53,374 bases of DNA from the IMG/VR virus record IMGVR_UViG_3300025296_003000, positions 1-53,374 of that record; one strand, given 5' to 3'. The DNA is from a virus (lineage: Duplodnaviria; Caudoviricetes). A program made the translations under genes and the position numbers. The notes under the pieces were generated by a model. That model was not told the origin of the DNA and did not search any database. It saw only the letters and a program-made list of their open reading frames with translations. Positions 1 through 8,598 of this stretch are shown here, one piece after another (position 1 is the first letter of the stretch; each line of letters starts with the position of its first letter).

Positions 1-1152
1 TTATTCTTTGACCTTGGCGGCGGCTGCCTGGCCAAAATCCATGCTGGCAACGGCCTTAGTCCAGACAATCTGATCGCCTTCCAGGTAGTGATCAGTCATG
101 CTGGCTTTTGCATGGCCGTACAGGTTCTGGATGAATTCTGGCGGCATACCCATCGCTTCATACAGTCGGCCACCCAGCGAGCGGACTTCGTGAAGAGTGG
201 GGCGCTGTTCTGGCTCAAGATGGTCATACAGACCGCAGCTGTTCACAGCCTTTGTAAAGGCACCTGACAGCATTCTGACCAGCACCTGTGTATGGTGCTT
301 TTTGTGCTGGCTTTGCGCGCGGCTGGCGTAGTTGATCACGAATGGGCTGCCGTACTTCATGGCAGTGACACGGCAGCGGTGCAATACCTTGCGCAGCTCG
401 TCGCCGATCTCGATCTCGATATATGCCCGATCTGTCTTATTGGCCGTTTTCTGCCGTATCACCCTGAGTGTGTCGCCGTTGATGTCCTTCAGCTGCATAT
501 TGCACAGCTCCCGCCGCGCCTGAAGCGTTATCAAGGAAATATCCATGGCGTCCTGAACAAAGGGCAGGGCATGGGCCCGGATCGTTTGGAAGTCGGCATA
601 GTTGGCAATGCGATGCCGGACCCGTTCTGCCTTTGGTATCTCCAGCACCTGCTCAGCCACATTGTTGCCTTTGTGTAGCCCCTTGCCAATGGCAAAGCGG
701 TACAGGTGGATCAGCACGTTTCTGGCAAGGCGCCGGCCGTCTCCAGAGAATTGCCCATCGATCAGTTCGTTGAGTGCCAGCACGTCCAGATCCTGAAACG
801 GATCCTCGCCAACGGCTGCCACCATCGTGTTTAGGCGATTCAGGTTCTCTTTGCGGTAGGTAGGGGACCAGCTCAGGCTGGGAACGCGCTCTTTGATGAA
901 TCTGGCCACAACAATTGAGAATGTGGTTTCAGTGGGCTCCAGGATCCGGCGCACAACCTCTGCCTGGCTCGATAGCCTGGCGTTGACGATACGGGCAACC
1001 TCATTGGCAGCTGCAACGTCCTTACCAAAGGTCTGAGGCTTATCCATCAACGGATGCTTGTAGCTGATATAACCACGGCTATCGCGCTTCACATAGCGCT
1101 CAAGATCCCGATTCTTGGCCTGGCGAGTGCGTCCCACGTTGTTTTTATCCAT
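1..1152 (-). CDS. int: Lambda-type tyrosine integrase with N-terminal arm-binding domain (start ATG 1152 or GTG 1137)
   Basis: N-term GRTRQAKNRDL..Y..GY.SYKHP resembles lambda Int; catalytic motifs QKT, PTLHEVRSL, LYGH, MTDHY. Confidence 0.93.
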   Translation of the reverse strand: MDKNNVGRTRQAKNRDLERYVKRDSRGYISYKHPLMDKPQTFGKDVAAANEVARIVNARLSSQAEVVRRILEPTETTFSIVVARFIKERVPSLSWSPTYRKENLNRLNTMVAAVGEDPFQDLDVLALNELIDGQFSGDGRRLARNVLIHLYRFAIGKGLHKGNNVAEQVLEIPKAERVRHRIANYADFQTIRAHALPFVQDAMDISLITLQARRELCNMQLKDINGDTLRVIRQKTANKTDRAYIEIEIGDELRKVLHRCRVTAMKYGSPFVINYASRAQSQHKKHHTQVLVRMLSGAFTKAVNSCGLYDHLEPEQRPTLHEVRSLGGRLYEAMGMPPEFIQNLYGHAKASMTDHYLEGDQIVWTKAVASMDFGQAAAAKVKE

Positions 1153-1372
1153 GTCCGATGCTCCGCAGGATACTATCAGCAACCTCATTCCCCGTGGAAG
1201 GGGATTCCTTTTGCTTCCTTGCGACGCTTACTGACTCATCGATGTACCAACACCCGCCGATCAGCTCCCCGTAGTAGATGCCCGATTTTATCCAACCAAT
1301 GACAGTTTTCGCGTCCGGGCGGCTGCCTGGCGCGAATTTTCGCTCTGTCCATTTGCTGATTTTTTCGAGCAT
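1145..1372 (-). CDS. xis: Excisionase (winged-helix)
   Basis: 75 aa directly upstream of and overlapping int; P..KTVIGWIKSG.....IGG.WYID pattern. Confidence 0.8.
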   Translation of the reverse strand: MLEKISKWTERKFAPGSRPDAKTVIGWIKSGIYYGELIGGCWYIDESVSVARKQKESPSTGNEVADSILRSIGHG

Positions 1373-1378
1373 GTCGGT

Positions 1379-1570
1379 TCACTCAACCTTGAATACTTGC
1401 CAGTTGTGCTGGGGCACTGGCCTACTCATTTCATAACGTATTGCCGCATAGACTGCCGCCTCTCGTAGCTCTGAGGGCGTAAACTGGGCCCTCACGATCG
1501 CATCGTACATACTGTCAACGAGTCGCTTGAATTCAATATCATTGAAATAACGCTGCTCTGCCGTTTGCAT
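1379..1570 (-). CDS. Hypothetical phage protein
   Basis: 63 aa, TAATG overlap with upstream gene. Confidence 0.7.
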   Translation of the reverse strand: MQTAEQRYFNDIEFKRLVDSMYDAIVRAQFTPSELREAAVYAAIRYEMSRPVPQHNWQVFKVE

Positions 1571-1881
1571 TACTTCACCCCCAGTAGCTTAAATGCCACC
1601 TTCCGTAGATCCTCAATGTGCGCATCCCGAGCTTTCTCCGGCAATGCCTGTTCCTGGCTTGGTCGCAGCCCGATTCGGTAAAGCTCATCAAATAGCACCT
1701 GGGCGGTCTCGTGATCGATTTCAAGAAACGGCGGCACGAACACGCCGGGATCTACGTCGCTCACGGCAACCGGCTGAAACGCCGCATACCCACCTGATGG
1801 CTTTTCAACGCCGCCAATCAGCATGATCTGGCGGGACATTGTGAAGTCTCTTCTGGCCTGAATAATCACGCGGTTTCTCAT
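1570..1881 (-). CDS. Hypothetical phage protein
   Basis: 103 aa, ATG with GGGG SD-like sequence, coupled to next gene. Confidence 0.7.
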   Translation of the reverse strand: MRNRVIIQARRDFTMSRQIMLIGGVEKPSGGYAAFQPVAVSDVDPGVFVPPFLEIDHETAQVLFDELYRIGLRPSQEQALPEKARDAHIEDLRKVAFKLLGVK

Positions 1882-1917
1882 GTCGATACCCCATTATCTT
1901 TGCTGATCCACTCTGAT

Positions 1918-2220
1918 TTACTGCTCACTGCGAATCACCTCAATAGCCCGCTCAATACTCATAGTCCGCATCCCGGTCAGCCACACCCGCATGCGCAGTA
2001 GTCGCATAGCTCGGGTCTCTTTCCAGGCATCCTCGCCAATCTTTTGGGCCTCACTGGCTATTACCATTTTCCTGGCGTCGGGAAAATGCTCCCCTTGTGC
2101 AGCCTGATCGGAAATTGCGCTAAAGAACCTCAGCACCTCCTCAGGTGACATGACCTTGCCGGGATTGCGTGTCGTGCTGCCCGCCCTGATGGTTTTTAAG
2201 TGCTGTATATTGCTACTCAT
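1918..2220 (-). CDS. Hypothetical phage protein
   Basis: 100 aa, GGAGG SD, ATGA overlap. Confidence 0.65.
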   Translation of the reverse strand: MSSNIQHLKTIRAGSTTRNPGKVMSPEEVLRFFSAISDQAAQGEHFPDARKMVIASEAQKIGEDAWKETRAMRLLRMRVWLTGMRTMSIERAIEVIRSEQ

Positions 2221-2417
2221 TGATTATTCCTCCGCGCCGTTGGCGACGCACTCCGAACCAATATATTCAGCGCCTCTTTGTGCTGGGCCAGCTCGTCTAT
2301 TAACGCCGCAGTCTGCCGCTCTAACTGAGCGCGCTGGTCAGTTAGTTCATGCAGTTCCTCATTGATACTTTCGATGCGTTTTCGCAGCAGTGTTGTGGCT
2401 TTGATGGTGCTGCTCAT
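2217..2417 (-). CDS. Small coiled-coil protein (66 aa)
   Basis: MSSTIKATT start in TGATG overlap with ASCH gene, GGAGG SD; heptad pattern. Confidence 0.65.
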   Translation of the reverse strand: MSSTIKATTLLRKRIESINEELHELTDQRAQLERQTAALIDELAQHKEALNILVRSASPTARRNNQ

Positions 2418-2869
2418 CACTCCTCCCGCGCCTGGGCGCTGGCGCCCAAAATCAATTCCTCTGGAAAATCCCATAACCCCTGAGCGCCCGTGTAGGGGAT
2501 CGGCTCGATCGCTTTCACGTCTGCCAGCACCCAACACCAAGGGCCTTCTGTGTGGTTGTGAGTGGCTAGCCATCGGTATTTGTCCGGATAGCGCCCATGA
2601 ACGATCGCCTCAATGTTGAGACACGCCACCAGGTTGGCTGTTGCGACCACGGCACCAAACGCCATATCCGCCACCCGAATGTCATATTCCTCATCGATGC
2701 TTTTATCAGCGCTTAGGTCCAGCCAGCTCCGGCTTTTACCTGCATGGATTGCGATCGGGCCTCTGTATCGAGTCGCCCAGGTGCGGTTCTCGACGCGTTT
2801 GTGGCGCGGGTCGGCTTCCGGCAGGCAGATCAGGTGTGCGTATGGCTGGCATATTGTCAGTGCTTTCAC
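2417..2869 (-). CDS. ASCH (ASC-1 homology) domain protein
   Basis: MKALTICQPYA.LI....KRVENR.W.T.YRGPIAIHAG and GAQGLWD motifs. Confidence 0.9.
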   Translation of the reverse strand: MKALTICQPYAHLICLPEADPRHKRVENRTWATRYRGPIAIHAGKSRSWLDLSADKSIDEEYDIRVADMAFGAVVATANLVACLNIEAIVHGRYPDKYRWLATHNHTEGPWCWVLADVKAIEPIPYTGAQGLWDFPEELILGASAQAREE

Positions 2870-3801
2870 TGCTCACCCCCTTGCTGTGCTGCTGCGAGCT
2901 GGCATTCTTTAACGAGATGAGAATACATGCGCTTAAATATGTCCTTGCAGATATCCCAAGGAACAACGTGTTGAGCCACATAGTCATGCACAATGCCGTT
3001 TTCGTCGTAGTAGGGTGCCTCCTCTTTCCATGAAAACTCACCGATGCAATCGATCTTCATTTCTGTTGTTACAGTCGGCTCAACCGGCACCAGCACATAC
3101 CCGTCCGGCACCGCCCGTCTCTCAGTTATCTCCCCGGTCGCAACATTGCGTACTCGCGTGACGCCATCGGGCAGGGTTGAGCGTGTGTGTTTCGCTGGAT
3201 GTGCTGTTGCGAGCATTGCGGAAAGCCATTTCTCAACCGGACCAAGATCATTCATAATCCGTTGATCGTATTCACTCCACTCAGGCTCAGGGCAGCCGCA
3301 GCATTCTGACCCAGCTCTCCCGCAGCAAACCGCCCCCGCTGAGTTGTAGGCTCTTTCCAGTACGCCACGGACTGCTTGCAGGGCATTTTCTGCGCCATCC
3401 GGCACCGCATGGATCAATGTACGAAGCTGATCGGCTCGAATAACAACGGTCAGGGAATTTGCCATGCTATCCGGGTAATCTTCCCCGTCGCCTTGCCATA
3501 TCCAGACGGGAGATTCTTCTGGGCTCTGCAGATAGTCTTTGTAGTCAGAGGCCTTCTGCAGCAGCTCACGCAGACGCTCGATTTTGCGCTCTTGAATCTC
3601 AAGTGATTCGCGCAGTCTGCTGATCAGCTTCTGAGAATCCGGCGCCGCGTCAGCTGGCGCTTCACTCACTTCTTCGATTTTCGCCAGAGAAACCATTTCT
3701 CCGTCAGGGTGTTTAAAAAACAGCCAGCCATGCCACGGACTATCTCTGTCATCCTCCAGCGCGAGTGTTGGTGCATATCCGCCGTTATAAATGGTTCTCA
3801 C
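2866..3801 (-). CDS. Ea22/Ead-like modular accessory protein (311 aa)
   Basis: GTGA overlap at 3798-3801; AVPDGYVLVPVEPT motif typical of lambdoid modular accessory proteins; Cys cluster CCG..G.ECCG.P. Confidence 0.6.
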   Translation of the reverse strand: MRTIYNGGYAPTLALEDDRDSPWHGWLFFKHPDGEMVSLAKIEEVSEAPADAAPDSQKLISRLRESLEIQERKIERLRELLQKASDYKDYLQSPEESPVWIWQGDGEDYPDSMANSLTVVIRADQLRTLIHAVPDGAENALQAVRGVLERAYNSAGAVCCGRAGSECCGCPEPEWSEYDQRIMNDLGPVEKWLSAMLATAHPAKHTRSTLPDGVTRVRNVATGEITERRAVPDGYVLVPVEPTVTTEMKIDCIGEFSWKEEAPYYDENGIVHDYVAQHVVPWDICKDIFKRMYSHLVKECQLAAAQQGGEQ

Positions 3802-3831
3802 CGGACACCCCCTTGCTGTGCTGCTGTGAGC
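2874..3831. repeat. Direct repeat CACCCCCTTGCTGTGCTGCTG(C/T)GAGC at 2874-2899 and 3806-3831 (25/26 identical)
   Basis: Read directly; encodes the C-termini L(A/T)AAQQGG of two adjacent genes plus the SD of the next gene. Confidence 0.9.
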
Positions 3832-4484
3832 ATGGCTTCGCGGCACGCGTTCCAGCCTTGCGCCCAACGCTCAGCGTTGGTAAATGTTGGCGGCATAAGG
3901 CCTGCCTCTTTCCGTTCTTGGCAAAGAGACGAAAACAAAGATTCAGCATCCACCGCATCCGGCACCGCAGGGGGTTGCTCATCTAACATTTGCAGAAGGC
4001 TGGCAATACCATCCAGCAAACTACCCTCAGCCGCTGCAGGGCGATTCGATTTCCTTCGCTTCTCGTTCCATTGTTCGATTAGCGTGATAGCTTCACCGCA
4101 TAGCCATGCTTCATCGCACTGTCTTGGTGAATCGTTGTGTTTAGGGCAACAGGTTGATACCAAGGCGGCACCGCTTGCTGGCTCAGGGTTTTCACAACAA
4201 CAATCGTTAGGCACCGCAGGGGGCTGGGGTGTGGTGTAGAGCGGCACCGTAAACCCAGGCTCCATATCCGGCGCAACCTCTGCGCGCTCACCCACTGATG
4301 CAATCATCGTCGCTCGAATGTCCTCTGGTCGTGCCCAGACAATTGGCAATTCTCTTCCCATTAACTGCAGGGCTTCGATAGCTTCGTCTATAACCTCAAA
4401 GGTGTGAGGAAGGGAGCCGGTATTTGCTACGTGCATTTCTTTCGACAGCCTAAGCGCTTCAATCGCTTTCTGTATCGGTGTCAT
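3798..4484 (-). CDS. Ea22/Ead-like modular accessory protein (228 aa)
   Basis: VPLYTTPQPPAVP, QPPAVPDA and AQGWNACREAML motifs. Confidence 0.65.
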   Translation of the reverse strand: MTPIQKAIEALRLSKEMHVANTGSLPHTFEVIDEAIEALQLMGRELPIVWARPEDIRATMIASVGERAEVAPDMEPGFTVPLYTTPQPPAVPNDCCCENPEPASGAALVSTCCPKHNDSPRQCDEAWLCGEAITLIEQWNEKRRKSNRPAAAEGSLLDGIASLLQMLDEQPPAVPDAVDAESLFSSLCQERKEAGLMPPTFTNAERWAQGWNACREAMLTAAQQGGVR

Positions 4485-4678
4485 TCCTCACTCTCCATAA
4501 ACTCTTCCGCGCCACGCCATCCAGACTGAACGGCAGCATCAATGTATCGGTAGCCATCTGCCAGCATGTCTTTGAAACGCTGGTAATCATCGTCAATGCC
4601 TGGGTAGTAGCAATCAATGCACCACCGACTGTTATCTCCTGCCAGCGGTTCGTTGCAGCGTTTGCAGGTATCGCTCAT
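4481..4678 (-). CDS. Small Zn-finger protein (65 aa)
   Basis: CKRC...CIDC; ATGA overlaps at both ends. Confidence 0.65.
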   Translation of the reverse strand: MSDTCKRCNEPLAGDNSRWCIDCYYPGIDDDYQRFKDMLADGYRYIDAAVQSGWRGAEEFMESEE

Positions 4679-4878
4679 GGCTTCCAAACCCTCATGGTGT
4701 CAATTCGATCTTTTATTGATTCCAGTTCTTCTGGGCCGAGTTTGTTCATGCTGACGACTATGGCCCCGAGCATATTGCCAACAAGCTCTGTCCGGTTTCT
4801 GGCATGCCCTATAGCAAGGGAGAATCGCTGCACGTCCTCTACATAGCCGTGGTGGTCGGGCTTGACGTGCTTGGTCAT
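4675..4878 (-). CDS. Hypothetical phage protein
   Basis: 67 aa, ATGA overlaps. Confidence 0.6.
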   Translation of the reverse strand: MTKHVKPDHHGYVEDVQRFSLAIGHARNRTELVGNMLGAIVVSMNKLGPEELESIKDRIDTMRVWKP

Positions 4879-5201
4879 TTGTCCTGCTCCTGATCATCTG
4901 GAGTCACCTGACCCAGTTGAATGCTGTAATCCGTGTACCGCTCGATCTTCGCCATTTTCCTGGTGATTGCTTCAACGTCAGGCTTCAGATCAATGCCGCG
5001 CTTTGCCAGTACCTCAAGGGCGCCTAGCAAGTCATTCCATTCAGCACTGATCCGCATCCGGTTCGTTGTAGGGAGGTCACGACTTTCATCTATGCCAAAG
5101 CGTATGGCTTTTGAAACTTGGTTCTGCAGCTTCAATAGCTCGGTAGCCACTTCTGCCAGTTCCTCAGAAAAAATCAGCAGGGCGTTTTGATCTTCAGTCA
5201 T
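4875..5201 (-). CDS. MazG-like all-alpha NTP pyrophosphohydrolase
   Basis: EELAEV...SKAIRFG...AEWNDL acidic motif spacing; GGAGG SD. Confidence 0.6.
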   Translation of the reverse strand: MTEDQNALLIFSEELAEVATELLKLQNQVSKAIRFGIDESRDLPTTNRMRISAEWNDLLGALEVLAKRGIDLKPDVEAITRKMAKIERYTDYSIQLGQVTPDDQEQDK

Positions 5202-5232
5202 GCGGCCTCCGGAGTGAAATACTGGTCGAGTT

Positions 5233-5838
5233 TCACAGTGCTATTTCTCCAATCTTGATAGCCGCATCAATTCGATCCATTTCGGCCCGCTTTGCCTTGA
5301 GCTTTTCGCCGTAAGGGGACCACGCAAAAGCCCCTTCATGGGGTCGCACGTCAACACCACGTTTCCTCAATGCGCGCGCCCTGCGCTTGCTCACTCTCTT
5401 TACCGGATACCAGTAGCGATTGCGTTCCCGATACTTGTCATAATTAACGCTGGCTCTGTTGCAACTCAGCCACTCTGACAACAGCTTTTTGCTTACGTGG
5501 CAAGACTGAAAAACATAGCAGGACTTCAGTTTCTCGATTGTAGCTACACCTACTTGCACCACCGGCTCTGTCCCTTCAGGCGGACCTACCGCCCATACCT
5601 GGCCCTCGGCCTTAAACACCGATCCATCATCAAGCTTGATGTCGAATGATCGACCAGCGAACGCGTCTCCCTTACCAGATCTGCCTTGCAGGAAGTCATA
5701 GAACCCGCTATCGATCGAAGTGAATCGATCGCCGTCGCGCTTGTAGATTTCTTCAGGCATGCGGTCGACAACAACTAAAAACTGTCGCCCGTACATTGTC
5801 TTATGGCATATCACGTCGAGGATCTGGATATGGCTCAC
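5233..5838 (-). CDS. Hypothetical phage protein
   Basis: 201 aa, GTGA overlap, GGAGG SD. Confidence 0.7.
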   Translation of the reverse strand: MSHIQILDVICHKTMYGRQFLVVVDRMPEEIYKRDGDRFTSIDSGFYDFLQGRSGKGDAFAGRSFDIKLDDGSVFKAEGQVWAVGPPEGTEPVVQVGVATIEKLKSCYVFQSCHVSKKLLSEWLSCNRASVNYDKYRERNRYWYPVKRVSKRRARALRKRGVDVRPHEGAFAWSPYGEKLKAKRAEMDRIDAAIKIGEIAL

Positions 5839-6449
5839 GACAATGCCTCCTGAGCCTGCTCCTGCGCCTTGAATTGATCAATAGCTTTGAGCGCCTCCCA
5901 CTCCTTGACCTCGGTCAATTCACTGGGTGGAATCCACATCAGGTGTTCCATTTGTGAGCTATAACAATTGCCATTGGCGCTGTAGGCCCGATACTTCTCA
6001 AGCTCTTCAGGGTCGACATCCTTCCATGGAACAGCCACGAACATCGGCCCATCCAGATAGCCATACAAACTGCAGGCGTAACCATTTCTGTTGTCAAAAA
6101 GCACCGGAAGCCTGCCCAGGCCTATAACCCGAAGCGCATCCTGCACCGGTTCAACTTTTGGCAAATTTCCTATGCGTTTCATCATGGCTTTTCCTACGCG
6201 CGTGATTTTGCGCGGAACATAGAAGTCACCACCTTTGCGTCTTCGCCACACCTGATCATCAGGACGCTCATCAAACTTGAATCCCATGATGTCGCCGGAA
6301 AAGGTGCTGAAATAAGTACCGCTTGCGCCAATCTCTTTCTCGAACTGTTTCACAGTCTCAGATGCAGCTTTTCGAGAATCACGAATTCTGGTTATTTCAT
6401 CAGCCAGCTTTCCCGACCCTACTTTGAAATGTCGTTTGTAGATGCTCAT
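5835..6449 (-). CDS. Hypothetical protein, loosely Eac-like
   Basis: 204 aa from ATG 6449 with GGAG SD; family resemblance weak. Confidence 0.55.
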   Translation of the reverse strand: MSIYKRHFKVGSGKLADEITRIRDSRKAASETVKQFEKEIGASGTYFSTFSGDIMGFKFDERPDDQVWRRRKGGDFYVPRKITRVGKAMMKRIGNLPKVEPVQDALRVIGLGRLPVLFDNRNGYACSLYGYLDGPMFVAVPWKDVDPEELEKYRAYSANGNCYSSQMEHLMWIPPSELTEVKEWEALKAIDQFKAQEQAQEALS

Positions 6450-6487
6450 ACCCACTCCCCACACCGACCACCCGGCCGGAATTAAAT

Positions 6488-6736
6488 TTAATGGTCTAGC
6501 GGAAACGCTTCCGCTTCATCAGATACCAGGTACTCTTCCGGCGCCTCGGCTTTCTCGTTCAGGTGCTCGAAATAACCGAGCATTCGCTGCGCCACAGGGG
6601 TCCGCATTCTGCGTATTTTTTCCATGGCACGGCGCTCAATGTCACCAACGGTTGCTCTGGACACGCCGAGAATTTGGCCTATCTCTTCGTGTGACATTGA
6701 GGTGTCCACCAGGTTGTTTGCGCTGCGACTTGCCAT
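6488..6736 (-). CDS. Stand-alone sigma-70 region 4 HTH protein
   Basis: MSHEEIGQILGVSRATVGDIERRAMEKIR matches sigma4 T.EEIG..L.VSRERV.QIE.KAL.KLR. Confidence 0.8.
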   Translation of the reverse strand: MASRSANNLVDTSMSHEEIGQILGVSRATVGDIERRAMEKIRRMRTPVAQRMLGYFEHLNEKAEAPEEYLVSDEAEAFPLDH

Positions 6737-6820
6737 GATCTTCCTCTCAGTTAATTTCGTGCGCCCCAGCGGTAGCGCACTGGCACGGCTTCCCGTCTGT
6801 TCCGGGCCGTCATGGGGACG

Positions 6821-7642
6821 CTACTTCGTATCTATTGTGCCAATAACAATGTTTGTTTCAGGTGGCAGCTTTTCCTTGAGGATTTCGCAGAAATCATTGC
6901 CGATCTCTTCTGAGTCGACGCCCTCCTGAATACGAAACGCACCAAAACTCACCTTCTCGCCACCTGTGCGGATGCTGATTCGGAACCGAAAATCGCGCGT
7001 CGACAGACCATGGAACGGCTCTGCCCTGAAAATCAGCACTGAGGGCAATTCTCCAGCTTCGCTTCGCGCCGTGATCGACTCTAGGGTGCTTCGGCTGCTT
7101 GAAAAGTTTTCTTCCGAGCTGTCAGACTTTCTGACGCCTTCAATCGTCACTTTTCGGACTGTATTGATGGTTTGCTTTACATCAATATAGGAACCGTCTG
7201 ACCCAACTGCCGAAATGTATTCGCGCCAATCTTCCAGCCATTCCGCCAGTTTCCGCTGATCAATGTCTGAGCGGCTGAATAGTGACTCAAACGCTACAAA
7301 CGCAGCCGTTTTCTTCAGTGCAAGCTCTGCAGTATTTCGGCAGTGGCCAGGTTCACTAGAACTACCAAGGTCAAAAATCACCTTGGCAGTGGCTCTTTCT
7401 GGGTCCACAAACACAGGGCTGATTGTTGCTGTCGGATTGCCGTGATAGCTCACGAAACTGTGGATCAGGTGCGTAACAAAACGGGCTCTGAACCCGGTTC
7501 GGAATTCTTCATACTGCTCAAGATCAACAACCTTGAAGTGTTCAGGCATCGCAGCTACAGGGCTGAATGTTTCGTTTACCCTTTGCGCAAGTTCAATTGC
7601 TGCCGCGTTATCTGTGATCTGCTTAATCGCTGTGCCATCCAT
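6821..7642 (-). CDS. yfdQ: YfdQ / DUF2303 family protein
   Basis: DLEQY...R..FR, PGHC.NTA.L.LKKT, Q..LAEWLEDW, PF.GL motifs. Confidence 0.85.
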   Translation of the reverse strand: MDGTAIKQITDNAAAIELAQRVNETFSPVAAMPEHFKVVDLEQYEEFRTGFRARFVTHLIHSFVSYHGNPTATISPVFVDPERATAKVIFDLGSSSEPGHCRNTAELALKKTAAFVAFESLFSRSDIDQRKLAEWLEDWREYISAVGSDGSYIDVKQTINTVRKVTIEGVRKSDSSEENFSSSRSTLESITARSEAGELPSVLIFRAEPFHGLSTRDFRFRISIRTGGEKVSFGAFRIQEGVDSEEIGNDFCEILKEKLPPETNIVIGTIDTK

Positions 7643-7674
7643 ATTTTTGTCCTATTTATAATGGAAAAAGGTGT

Positions 7675-8016
7675 TTATTTAGCTTCGCCCTGGGGCTGGC
7701 CTGTTTTGTTGAACATCTGGAACTGGTTTTCTGGGAACAGGGAGAGGGCACCATGTTTACCAACGTGCATTGGTGTTTGTGTGGTTTCCTCTTCTGTCAG
7801 CTTGCCCTTGCGGGTTGGCTTGGTGTATTTCAGCTTGTGAGAAATAGCCACCTGATAACTGGTGCCAATTCTCTTCATGTCCAGCTGAATTGTGATATTG
7901 CCTACCTTGTCATGATCAATGACGCCTGCAGCGACGTCAGAAAGAATCTTGCCGAGCTTTTCGGCAAACACTCCTGCATCCAGATCATCAATAAACTGCG
8001 CGGTATTTGTACTCAT
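7675..8016 (-). CDS. YfdP-like conserved prophage protein
   Basis: T...FI.DLDAGVF..K....HKL.Y..PT..GK..EE....TPMHV; usual partner of yfdQ; GGAG SD. Confidence 0.75.
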   Translation of the reverse strand: MSTNTAQFIDDLDAGVFAEKLGKILSDVAAGVIDHDKVGNITIQLDMKRIGTSYQVAISHKLKYTKPTRKGKLTEEETTQTPMHVGKHGALSLFPENQFQMFNKTGQPQGEAK

Positions 8017-8090
8017 GCGAATCACTCCTATCGGTTGTTGAAAATTTCAGTTTCTTTCCAAAATTATTCCCAGAATTATTCCTGGGTTCC

Positions 8091-8597
8091 TCAGCGACGC
8101 TTCATTGATTCACTGTTGTCGATCAACATCTGGCAAATCTGACCCGCCTTGTCGCAGCGCTCCAGATCAAACCAGCCCCAGTGGCACTCAGCCGGCGGAA
8201 TGCCTAGCTCATGAGCCAGTGTTTCGTAAGCGCTCGTGCGTGACATTCCTAACCGCTTCATCATCGAGTGGAAAACAGCCTTATTCGTTTTCCTGGCCTC
8301 ACGCAGAGCTCTGTTTGCCAGCGTTCCAACTGGCAGATCAGTGCCTGGATGCAGCCCCACGTATGAATCGCAATTCGCACACAGGTAGGCGTATGGCCAA
8401 TCCCCGTACTCGCGGCCGTAGATCTCTTCGTTATTCACCAGCGACACAGGAAATTCTGGCCCGCAGTAGCGGCAGGTCTCCGGCGCTGGCAGCGGATCCT
8501 TGACCCGCTTCAACGCCCTCCGACTGATATAAGGCAGCGGATACCAGGGCGCTTGGGGTAGCGAGATCTTCTCGGGGCTGTTTGCGCGTGGATCCAC
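8091..8597 (-). CDS. DUF3268-type zinc-finger protein
   Basis: CRYCG...IYG...YLC..CDSYVGLHPGTD.P.GTLA...LR.AR; probable GTG start at 8597. Confidence 0.8.
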   Translation of the reverse strand: MDPRANSPEKISLPQAPWYPLPYISRRALKRVKDPLPAPETCRYCGPEFPVSLVNNEEIYGREYGDWPYAYLCANCDSYVGLHPGTDLPVGTLANRALREARKTNKAVFHSMMKRLGMSRTSAYETLAHELGIPPAECHWGWFDLERCDKAGQICQMLIDNSESMKRR

Positions 8598-8598
8598 G

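Noticed and set aside
1-60. attL/attR core repeats at the window ends
   Set aside because: The window starts and ends on stop codons; no flanking DNA and no terminal repeat visible
8058-8086. AATTATTCC direct repeat and small CCCAG/CTGGG hairpin
   Set aside because: Too short to distinguish from chance in an AT-rich spacer
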